A stretch of DNA of 60,715 nt, filler included, from Sphacelaria rigidula (taxonomy: Eukaryota): NCBI GenBank assembly GCA_964200075.2. It is 3 parts of 3 records of this genome, joined end to end, with 100 filler letters (N's around TTAATTAATTAA, not from the genome) between each part and the next. Parts side by side here need not be neighbours in the genome. Positions count along the whole stretch, not along the records: positions 20,297 to 40,462 come from CAXNAA020000561.1; positions 40,563 to 60,715 come from CAXNAA020000563.1; 1 more part is not named here. One strand, written 5' to 3'. Within the stretch, counting starts at the first letter, position 1. Every line of letters starts with the position of its first letter. Shown here one piece after another: positions 37,701 through 48,156 of this stretch. The position numbers and the translations under genes are program-made. The notes under the pieces were generated by a model. The model did no database searches and was not told the origin of the DNA. It saw only the letters and a list, made by a program, of their open reading frames with translations.

Positions 37701-39991
37701 AGGTCCAACTTGGCGTCGTCATCGTCACTGCCATCAGCTGCAACTGCCGGCGTACGAGCGACGCCCTTCGCATTTTTTTCTGGAGCCGCTAGTGGTCCTA
37801 ATCCTAACCGTGAATCTATGTCTGTTTTCTGCGAGAAGACCAGGTCCTGTTCGTCATCAGATGATGAGCTCTGCGTCACGAGACGTGCGGCTTCTCGAGA
37901 AAGCCCCGCGGTGATCGATGTTGAGCGCTGAGCGCTTCGATTCATCGTGGTACCCGAAGTCCTCGTTGTTGACTGGATTGCGAAAGTTGGGAAATGGTCG
38001 ACATTGTCCTTCAATCGCTCCGCTTCTTCAGTTGCAATTCGGCGATCGTTTTTATTGTCTACTCCTCCTGAGGAAGTTTCGTCCTTAGCCGAAGGTCGCG
38101 GCGTGACAGTCGATGGGAAGGACGATGGTGTCACATCTAGACTGGCAGGGGAGGAAGATTCCCCGAAGCCGGGGACATCGGCAGCCGGAGAAGCAGGAGC
38201 ATCGTCATCGCTTCCGGGGAGTATATCCAAAGCGTCCACAATACCCAGGTCGTCATCGAAGCTCACTCCGTGAGTTTTGTTTACACATTTACGAGCCTTA
38301 TCCCGGTTTGCTAATGCACTCCGCAATGGCAATGTCCCCGTAGTCGACGTCGTCGGATTCGCCGCGCCCCCAATTCCAGGCGCCGAATGTGAGTACCGTT
38401 CTTCTCCATCGCCTAGAGAACGCGACGTAAACTTACTGTCCTCCGCTGCGCTTTCGATGCTCATTTTATGTTTTTCAGAGGTGCCATAGCGATGCCCACC
38501 GACCTCGCTCCTGTCACCGTTCGCCTGACCACCGTCGACAGTGTCTCCGCTTTCATAACTGCGTCCACTTCCCGGTTCTTCCGTCGTTTTGTCGATTGTC
38601 GAAGTGCTCTCGCCTCGACCAGCTACAGCCACGCTATGGCTTAACAAAACACGTCGAGGGCTCCCCTCCGGAGACGCTGACTGTTGTGTACGAGCGTGCG
38701 ACGGTGGAGAGGGCGATCTGCGTCTCGGCCCTCCCGTGGGATTCCCCCAACTATCGGTCCCGGTACCTGCAGAGTCGGTGATAGGGGAGGACAACGCCGT
38801 GAAGCGACTCCTTCGCGAAACACCTTGTCGAGTGTCCTCTGCGCTGGCGGCGGGTATACCTCCTGCAGCGGCGGTGCTGCGGTCCGTTGAAATACGAGCG
38901 AGAGCGTCAGGGTCAGTCATCCTTAGTAGCTCATCTGCCTCATCTACCCCATCGGCACTGTCGACGTGTGCACTCTGGTTTGTACCACCGGAGGGCGTCC
39001 TTCCCACCGACGATGTCGACGCCAACCCCCTAAACGATGTTTCGCTCCCGGGTTGCACGTCTCCAGCATTCGCCGTAGCAGGGCGAGTGCTATCGCGCCT
39101 ACCTGAGCCCAACGCGGTAGGCGCACTCCCCTCGCCTTCCTCCCTTGTAGTTTCCAAATTGTCATCCGGTGTCTTCATCCTATCGGTGCTGCCTGTGGAA
39201 AGAATGTCTTCTATACGACTGCGACCCCTTGGCGAGGATTTATCGGCAACCGTCGGTTCCGCTTTTTTCGCCCTGGGCATTGAGGCAAAGCTGAAGGAGT
39301 CATCGGATTCTCCCAAGAGGAGAGCAGCCGCCTCCGCCACCCCTGTGCCGCTCCTTCGCCCGCCCTTTGCTTTCTTCAGGCAACATTAGAGCAGAAAACG
39401 TGAGATGAAGGTGGTAGTAGTGATGTTGGTGGTGGTTACCCAAGGTAAACAACACAATACAATGCATCAATAGCAGACGGTGTGAGTGTGTTTCGTGACA
39501 CGTGCATAGCAGAGTTGCACTGGGGCGATATCACCTACTGCGGCGGTGGTGCTGCAACGCGTGGCTCACTTCAATCTACTGCGACCCCTTGTGAAACAAC
39601 GCACATGCGGTTGCGATCAATGGGAACATGTGTGATTGCTAATGTACCATAGTCTCTGCCAGGTTCTCTTGTTTGGTTTTGTTGCAAGCACGCCATGGAT
39701 TGGAGCGCAATAGCCAACACCTGTTGGTGTACTCTTTTCGATATAATTTTGTGTGTGATCTTCTTCACTTCCTACCGCCGTTGCTCCCATGAACAGGTAT
39801 TCGTCATCTCCATCGTCATCTGCCACTGCAAGCGGCAGCCCTGACTTCTGCTGTCGATCCTCCCCGTCTCCACGCCCCGACTTTTCCTTCCTCGATCTGC
39901 TCCTGCTAGAACTGTCGCCCTCCGTTTCTCTTCTCTTGCTCTCACCCCCATGATTTTTCTTCCGGGCAGCACCTTTCCCGCGGCCTGATGC
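28778..39991 (-). CDS. FBF1: Fas-binding factor 1 (FBF1/Twitchy/DYF-19)-like ciliary transition-fibre coiled-coil protein, 5' incomplete; complement(join(28778..29183,29506..29725,29941..30235,30579..30761,31274..31387,32053..32115,32457..32516,32842..32988,33275..33355,33641..33694,34132..34278,34819..34950,36347..36488,36960..39373,39776..39991)), ~1557 aa
   Basis: All 14 junctions are phase-consistent (12 GT-AG, 2 GC-AG). A long S/T/G/D-rich disordered N-terminal region precedes a long coiled coil (EEALSELKRLHREELEDVRRRSMDSQTLETLAGQVQASAGALKLLQ..SREGQMDARERLIQELE..ERERLRQEHLRLDALQ) and a C-terminal LLEEDAPFLETL. Architecture and spacing resemble my recollection of FBF1; the orthology call is inference. 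Confidence 0.8.
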
Positions 39992-40462
39992 CTGATTGCT
40001 CTGCACCACGACAGAACGTTTTAGCACCGGAGAGCAAATAATCGCATTGGTAGGTGTTAGCACCGGAAGAACAGAGCCGAGCGCACCCCAGAGGACATGC
40101 ACGTTCCGCTCAACATGCATTTGCGGGAAAACATTCCCGTATCCATTGCTGGTAAATAGCACATTATTCTACGCCTTCTCCTCGTCCGCTATCTCCGGGG
40201 TAAGAATGTAGATGATGTCCTCGCGTACGAACACGAGGCAAACTTCATACTGTTCGCCATAATAACAAGAGGGGAATGAGGGTATCATAATGTTTCGGCA
40301 TGTTCACCCTCTCGCTCAACTATGGTGACACAGAGTACTATATTGCGATCTAGAAGGCTACAGAAGTGGGATATTTCTGTCTATTCTTGTCATAGCTCCC
40401 CTCCGCTTGCAAAACGATGGCTATACTAGGGGATAGATGGTGGCCAGAGACGGCGAAACAGG

Positions 40463-40562
40463 NNNNNNNNNNNNNNNNNNNNNNNNNNNNNNNNNNNNNN
40501 NNNNNNTTAATTAATTAANNNNNNNNNNNNNNNNNNNNNNNNNNNNNNNNNNNNNNNNNNNN
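40463..40562. other. Artificial contig linker N44-TTAATTAATTAA-N44
   Basis: Same 100-bp cassette as 20197-20296. Confidence 0.98.
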
Positions 40563-41430
40563 ATCGGGGGTCCGCCCCTATAAAGCCGGGACGGAGCACG
40601 CCAGGTTCTCGCCGGACCAGGCTCGTCATCACCGAGCGCGAAGCGCTGTGATGTGTTCGGCGAGTCGTGTGAGGGATTATCTGCATTCTGCTAAGATTGT
40701 TCGGCCCGAAGCGTGCTATATATATTGCGCATTGATAGCAGTCTCGAATTAGTTGTTTTATATTTTCTGGTATCGCCACTTCCAACGACATCCACAGGTT
40801 GCGCTGCCTCATGAGTGTCTCACCATGTCAGCACTACGTAGTGCAATCATCCCCTTTGCGTGGAGTTGAGGTTTCAACCCGGCACAACATAGCCGGTCGC
40901 CCCGCTGGCTCAGTTGGTAACCTCGAATCCTTCTGACGGTTGGGTCGTGGGTTCGAATCTCGGTGCAGTCACACCATTTGGGATTTTTTATCGCACCATG
41001 CCCAACAGTGGAGAGCGACTATGTCGTGGGTACACAAAATTCGATTTCACGGTTGACGAAGAAAAGGGGCTGCTGAGCCCTCTCGTGATAAGAATAAGGC
41101 AAGCACCGCAGAAGGAAGGTGGAGTACTAAAGCAAAAGGAAAAAGGAAAAACTCCTGTGTTGGCCTTCCTCCTGTGTGACCCCGGCTGGTGCGCCCACAC
41201 ATACCGGAAGATGTAGACTGGCGTCCAGAATAGATGGAATGGCAGCACACACAATATGATTTAACTCGACTACGATCATGGTCACCGCAAAAAAAACACG
41301 AGCGAGAAAAAAGAACGGTACTCTGGTTGCCTAGCTTACGCAGTGAGTGGCGTGTTGTACCGCGTCGTTGCAAACCGATGCCAACCCTCAGAGGGGGAGC
41401 ACTCAGGGGGGGTAGAGTCGGCTAAGCGCT
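40563..41430 (-). mobile_element. Repeat family B copy split by a SINE A insertion
   Basis: 40563-40890 and 41250-41430, reverse-complemented and joined, align collinearly with 60150-60610. Confidence 0.8.
40892..41249 (+). mobile_element. Full-length tRNA-derived SINE family A
   Basis: A box TGGCTCAGTTGG at 40906-40917, B box GGTTCGAATCT at 40950-40960, short (CA)n tail, and a near-perfect flanking duplication cacaacat / cacaatat. Confidence 0.9.
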
Positions 41431-41751
41431 GGTCGATAGTGCGATGTGATACCATCGGGTGTGGTTCTCGTGCGTCGCTTTCTACGCTGTGATTGAAAAA
41501 GTCTGACAATAAGATGCCAAGACTGAGCACTATCTTGAGCTTTCGGACACACCACACCGATGTAAACAAGTCGTGTAGGTTGAACTTCGCCTCGGTTGTA
41601 CGGAAAACGAGATGATCGTGTTGTGTCCTTCAACACACATCCAATCCCTGGATATCCTTTCACCAATTCACACTAACATTTCTCAAGCATCCAGTATTCC
41701 ACCGTCTGTCCTGCCCCTTTTCACCAACCCTTCATGCCTATCATGATACAG

Positions 41752-41965
41752 ATAATCGCAAGCATTGGGAGGACAACCCAGTCCTTCGAAGCTCTCCCAA
41801 ATTTCCGCTGCCAGAAGAGGAGAAGGGGTTATTCGACACTAGGATCCAGAATCTCGGGGATTGTGAGCAATCACCGGACGTTGGGGAGGGTGTTGAAAGG
41901 GAACCCCCAGCGTCTGCTCGACCTGAGGCCGACATCGACAGGCGGCGCTACAGCGAGGGACACAG
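41752..41965 (+). CDS. Probable isolated coding exon, possibly an upstream part of the 48157-55442 gene
   Basis: Bounded by tacAG and AG|GTATGC. Open frame NRKHWEDNPVLRSSPKFPLPEEEKGLFDTRIQNLGDCEQSPDVGEGVEREPPASARPEADIDRRRYSEGH. No family recognised. Confidence 0.4.
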
Positions 41966-42569
41966 GTATGCTGGTCGAAGTTACCCGAGTGAAATACACA
42001 TGTAATGCTGGATGCCTTGACTGTTTTTTGTTCAGATTTTTTTCTCGCGACTACTTCGATAGAACTCGAAAGTGCTAGCGTCGATAGATTTTGGTAAAAT
42101 GAACAGATTATCTTCGAAACACAGTGCCCAAGTTAGTGTTAGTTGGCTTTATCAGCCGATACGAGTAGATATCCCGTTTATCAGGAGGTTGTTGTTGACC
42201 GTGACACAAAAAAATCGGCTCTAGTGCAATGGCTTGGTAGAGTTAAAAAAAAAAAACTGTACATTTCTTCACAGATATGCTCGGGACAGTCTCGATCGAC
42301 CGAAAATACCGAAGAGTCAGAATCTGGGCTGAAACGTGGTAGGGCCCCCGATGACCGGTCAGCCCGTAAGTCACTCATATTGAGTACAGATGTTTTTTTT
42401 TTCTTGGGATGTGGAGTGGATACAATTACCTTCAAACCCCCAATGTGATAAGCGGTGGGAAGCGAAATAGCCTAAGAAAATCGCCGATTACGAAGAAATT
42501 ACGAAATGAACAGGTCAGGCACCCAGTACTGTACACCCTTGATAAAGCACTGTTCAATTTCCCTTTCCC

Positions 42570-42730
42570 TATCCCCTTCCCTTCCCCGGGATGAGTCCGT
42601 AGTGTCAAGGGGTGAATCCCTCTCCCGCCTCCCCCCCGATGGGGTACACGCCTTACAGTTTGGTTTCGTGGGTTGGATCTATGCTCGTCACCAATTTCTA
42701 TTTCTACTCACGCCCTCATGAACTTTTGCA
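42570..42730 (-). mobile_element. Repeat family D 3' part
   Basis: ccgggatgagtccgtagtgtcaagggg..ggtacacgccttacagtttggtttcgtgggttggatc is the reverse complement of the family D end. Confidence 0.7.
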
Positions 42731-43444
42731 AGTATATAAGTCCCATATCCTGCTCAGAAGAGAAGTAAAAATATGTATGTATATATATATATATATTTCG
42801 GGACACGAAGCCTTAACGCTGCCATGACCGGAGTGTGGGAGATGTGCTGATCCAGTCACACCACCGGGGCGCGCTAGGGTGCGGAAGAACCTCTCGAGAC
42901 GTGGCCGTCTCGATGGCTATTGTACGGTGCTTGGTACTAGCGCCGAAAATATATTCTGTGTTGAACCGAACACATCTCCGCAAAATCTTTCCACATGATG
43001 AAAGACATTGCGCGGTCAGCGGCATCCTATCGTAGCGATCGACATGATCTCAGTCGCGCTTGAAAATGAAAGTACGTCCACGGGGTGCTGTAGGCGCACA
43101 CTTCGGTGCGTCTCTTGAATCGTGCGTTTCCACGATCGGTTTGCCTGCAGTCAAAGACGAGCCGATGCACTTACTGACTCTGTTTTTTCTTCAGCGTGTG
43201 TGTGTTTCACCAGCAGATGAACCTACCGTTCACTCCTTTTTCGTATTTGTTCGTCTGTCTTGTGACCACGACTGGATGATGATTGTTATTAATTGATATT
43301 ATGATCATGATGACTATCTTGTTATCTCAAATAGAGGATCACTTCATGAGCGACAATCAACCAGTCAACCAATCGTTCGTTTGGTGATTGTTGCATTTCG
43401 CAACCCCCAGTGCTGAAAATACGCACCACGTCGATAGGAACAAT

Positions 43445-43704
43445 CCAAGGATCGGACGAATTAAGGATTCGTCCGGAAATTACTCGATGTTAGTGTAGTT
43501 GATTCGTACCGTACGAATCAATCCTCAGGCTTTGTTTTCAGCGTTGCAACCCAGATACGCGTAGCCCAGGCACGTGGAATGACGCAAAAGTTGCGTGGAG
43601 ACCTGTTTGACCAGCGGTCGACTTTTTTCTCTCTTTCGAGTAACCAGGCCTAAGAAATTGTGGATTTGGTCATTCGAATTGGCGATGATTCGTCCGAACT
43701 GTGG
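43445..43704 (+). mobile_element. MITE family E (CCA...TGG ends, 6-bp TSD)
   Basis: TIRs ccaaggatcggacgaat / attcgtccgaactgtgg. AACAAT directly repeated at 43439-43444 and 43705-43710. A second, inverted copy lies at 56501-56742. Confidence 0.85.
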
Positions 43705-44059
43705 AACAATCTCTCATGTACATGCATGACCAGTCAAGGTGCAGCGCCCTGGAAACAGGGTCCTCGTCACCTCATGGACATGAGTGCCTCGACTCGTGTG
43801 CTATGATCACGCGCTCTCCCTCGGCATTGAGTTGCACGCGTCTCTTGTCGAAAGGCACCTGTGGTCTTTGCTCTGCACTGTTATATGATGCCCTTTGGAA
43901 GTACCTTGCGCCCTCGCTGTGCCACCAGCGTCGTTATACGACCGTGGCGCTTTTCGGCTTCTCAACGAGAAAGAGGGAAAGAGTTCGTGCCCGCGCTTCC
44001 TGTTCATCAAACATTCAAGTATGCTTAGGATAGAACTCGGCTCTCCAGGTCCTCTGGGT

Positions 44060-44590
44060 CCTCAGAGTACTTTCACTGCTCAGTGTTACTCGGTATTCTA
44101 GAATATCCTAAGAGTATCGACCGTCAAAAATACTGAGTATGTCAGGGTATCTGCCGAGTGTCGGTGGCCAGAAATATTGAATATCTGCACTAATGAATTC
44201 CTTCAAGGACTAAATATTTCAGAGTACCTATGAGTACAGTATCGACTGCCGACAAGACCGGGTATTCCAGAGCACCTGGAGTTCTAAATGCTTTGATCTA
44301 CTGGGTATTCCGAAGTACCTGCGTATTGTAAAAATACTGATCGTCGAAGGCACTGGATACTCCACAACACCTGGAGTATTGACTGCGAAAATTCCTGAAT
44401 ATCCCAGAGTGCGTGAAACATTGAATCCTTCAGAGTACTGGGTGTTCCAGAATACTCAAGAGCATCGAGTCCCGGAATACGGGGTATTGCAGCGTACCAT
44501 ACCTCGGAGTTTTGACTCCCGAAAATATTGAGTACCTCGGGGTACCTGGATATCGACACCTTCAAGTACCGCGCACTCGGACCGTACCCC
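44060..44590. repeat. Degenerate repeat rich in GAGTAC/AATACT/GGGTAT motifs
   Basis: Dense recurrence of (g/a)agta(c/t) and (a/g)atact motifs over ~530 bp with no exact period. Confidence 0.6.
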
Positions 44591-47209
44591 CTGTTCCTAG
44601 CATTTCTGACACCTCTGGGCGGAGCCATCTGACTGACTGACAGACAACTTTATCGTCACGGCGGCGGGACATGCCATCACGTTGACGTAATCAGCAACGT
44701 GTCAACCGTGGAAACGCTCAGCCCCGTACTCTTCATTCTCTGATAGTCACCTCTCGATTTTCTGCCGTATCTTACAGTAGCTCCTCGCTAGTAAAGCGGA
44801 GACCCAGTGTTGGGCCCAGGCTCGAACCTCATTTATTTGTCTGACCCGACATGTATGCGCCGTAAACCTAATTTATAGTGATGAGTCAGGTCAATAGTTT
44901 TCATTGGTTGATTGGTTGATTGATCGATTGGTTAATTGTCGTTCTTAGACTGATCCCCCAAGAGTCGTGATCCAGGCCTGGTCGTTATCCACGTGATAAA
45001 CGCACTCGAGACAAAACACGGCGGAAACACTCGCTGAAGGAAAGTGGACAAAACAGAGAGGTGGAAAAAACACCAAGAGTAGACTGAAATCAACAGAAAC
45101 AAGGGCACAAAACAATCCTAGAAATGGCCGGCCTCTGCAACATGGCTTCATGTGGAAAATGTCTTGCGCAACAGCACACGCATTTATACCCAAACGAGAA
45201 AATAGTGAGATCCATTTGTTCTTCTCCGGACCCCAAGAGCTCCACCTGAGCTTTTTACCATCGCATTGCCCGCTAGCAGGTCGCTTTCGAAAGTCTCAAG
45301 GCTCTCGCGTTTGATGACTTGATGTCTTATCACCAGCAGCAGTGGGATTTCTTCTCGAGATGATGCTTAAGCAAGCGCTCTAGAAAGACGATTGTCTGTA
45401 TCGACAACGTTTGAAAATAACAGCCCCCCCATTTTTGAAAAGAAATGCGAGCATCGCCATTCAGTTGCACAGCACTCGAAAACTATGAAAACACACACAC
45501 GCGTGCACATACACAGTTCGACAAAAATACCGCGAAAAAAAACGAACGATATTTGTTCGCCACGCGTACGGAGAGGCGACGAGAGGTAAGAACGAGGCAC
45601 CTTCCTTCACTAGCAGCTTGGCGACAAATACTCCCACCAGCAACACACACGAACGGTTAGGGTAGAGCTACCGCCATCCACGAGACACAATTCTTGCTAG
45701 TTTGCCCCCAAACCACACGGAACGACGAACATTAACAGCACTCAGAGTCAGTGTTCCTGGCGGTAGCGTGAAACCGGAAGCTTCGCGTCTGCCCTTCGTG
45801 TTAGAAATGTAGCTTTGGAATTTCCCCTCAAATTTCTGTTTTCCCACAGATTTCGGGTAAATTTCGAGGACGCGTCCCCAGCATATTTCGTCCACTGGTG
45901 CAACAGGTCGCCTTCGGGACATCTCGCGGCTATCACAAGAACATTGCGCGAACAGTCGTGAAATCCATCCAAAGTGTTATTTGCGTTGGCTGTGGGTGTA
46001 GCTCTCGCTGCTTTCAAAATGCTTCTGAAATGACTTTCTTCATTTCGCTGCCTAGAATAGGAAGGACCCTCGGTTAGGTGACATGTAACGGCATTTTTTT
46101 TAACGACGTGTATCTCTCGGCAGCAGCGGTAAAGAGCCGGTGAGACGACGACGACAGGGACTTTCGCCGGTAGTCTGGCCCCCAACCGTCTGGTCAGAGA
46201 AAGCGGTCGCTCGGCAACGTCCCCGATCAGCACCACCAGGCGAGTGGTTTTAATGTTGTCGATATGTAATCTAAATCTTCATACATGTAAAACATAAAAG
46301 GTGAAGTGTTGACCGTATTCTTCCCCCCGCGATTGCTTTGGTGTCAGTTTCGAAGCGCAGAGTCGAACCGATTTCTTGAAAGCTAGCCCTACCGTATGCA
46401 CGTTTTGATATGTATATGAGATCACTTTTTGTACTGTAACAAGTAGAACAGCGGTTTTTGAAGCTGGGTTCGGTTCACTGCACTTCTTTACGCTTCTGGT
46501 CACCAGCAATTGCCGGGAAAAAGGTATACATTGTGTTTTGCTTCATCGCTTTTGGGAGTGCAGTGATCAGGATCAGGGAGGATTTTCACACCCGCAAAAA
46601 AAGGTGAAGGTGTGCTGTCTCACGTTTACAAAGGGTTTATAGGTGAAAAAAAAATAGTAGAAAAACGGGATATTATGCCCAACCCTTCGTGTAAGATGGC
46701 GTCCAAGGACAATAGAAAAGAGCGAGTGAACTCCGCTGTTATTGGTCAGTTTTCGGTACAACCGACAGCGTGATTTGCCCGAAACTTTGCAGTTAAGCTA
46801 GCGTTGTCCCGCTGTATCTTCACCGTTTTTTCGTATAATAGTGCATGCGTAGCAGGGAAGTAATATAGTGTGTTCCCGGTAAACGCAACCGAAGTCAGGT
46901 TGACACCACGTCATGTTTGCGCGACGCAAAACAACTTCCAACACTGCGCCCTGAGGTGGCCAACTCCACGGAGTATACCTTTCCTAGCTGTCTCCCATCT
47001 CCCTATCCCATCCAACGGAAACAAGGATCTCTCGTTCGTATTTCTCCCGAACTGAGCACAGGGGGATGATACCTTATCATCCCCTGATACTGCGCGAAAA
47101 CCCTCAGCCTTTCGAGTGACATGGTAGATACCGGCATGGAAAGAGAGCGACAGATCAACACCATCAGGGAGAGGAGGAAATCAGATTCTCAATCAACCGA
47201 TCAATCCTA

Positions 47210-47650
47210 CCGCCGCGCTTTTGGTGGTCTGTCTGAATTAAATTGGCTCATCTAGAACCGGTTAGGTCGGAAGGCTGGGGATTCAAATCCCGGCAGACTC
47301 CCCCCCCTTTTTTTTGAGGAGTATCTGATTTGCGTCGTTGATACTTCCTACGATAGTCCCTCCCCCAAAAGTGGCTGGTTTGGGCAGGCAAAATCTACAT
47401 GTAAATCGTAATGAAGAAAGCCAAGCACAACGAGCACCTGGGAAATCCTACGCTTGGGTTCGTTTTCGCCACTGTCGCCCACATGAGGCGCTGTATGACG
47501 ATTTTTTTTCGTGACAGTTTTTAGGCTGGTCTCTTGGGGAGCGGCTGTCGTAAACGGGCGTGACAAAGAAAAAAAATGGCGAAATGTGACAAAGGGCGGG
47601 AGTGTGGAGTGTACCGCGGGAGCGATGTGTTGATCCCTTGAGACTAAGAA
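47210..47650 (+). mobile_element. Family D putative SINE interrupted by MITE C (47340-47559, minus orientation)
   Basis: Head ccgccgcgcttttggtggtc, B-box-like gattcaaatccc (~47280), the MITE C insert, then the family D end gtgtaccgcgggag..tgatcccttgagac. Confidence 0.65.
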
Positions 47651-48156
47651 CTTTTCTCGCGACACGGGGGGCGCTTGGAAGTATCGCCAGCGAAAAAAAT
47701 AGCAATCCGGAGGAATGAATCGTGCCCTTCGTATTCCAAACCCGTCCTGAGAAACCAGGGGCGGGGAACGGGGGTGGGGGCAGCTCAACGGTACGGGCAG
47801 ACGAAACACAGATCTCTGAAGATGTTTGAACGCAGCGAGAGAGACCAATAGTGTTTGCGAGGGGTAAGTAAATCGGAAGAATTATCCGTTCCTAGTCCAC
47901 AACCCCGGCTCATTCTTCGAACAGGCTTTGTTGTTGTCATCGGTTATGCACACACCAACACACCAACACAGCATTCGGAATTATTTGCCCCTCTTGACGG
48001 CTGAAGATTACGTCGTCGTTTCACCTGACACACCCTGCTTCGAATATCCATGCTCGAGCTGCTTGCCTCCACGTTACCATCACTGCCACGCCCACTTCAA
48101 TTGAGGATATCTACTCCCCCGCTCCGCCCCTCAATCCATCCCTGACGCGGCACCAG

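Noticed and set aside
37266..39389. Long plus-strand ORFs (221, 108 and 266 aa)
   Set aside because: Antisense shadows of the GC-rich large exon of the FBF1-like gene.
40170..40255. Possible first exon of the FBF1-like gene (YEVCLVF..EEK)
   Set aside because: It needs a weak GC donor and has no start codon in frame, so it cannot be supported.
40892..40975. Possible tRNA gene (A and B boxes)
   Set aside because: No proper acceptor stem, and it continues into a conserved repeat body in several copies. It is a SINE head.
42277..45585. Further candidate exons (~42277-42365, ~43739-44018, 45517-45585)
   Set aside because: Splice-like boundaries exist, but the phases could not be joined consistently and no motif is recognisable.
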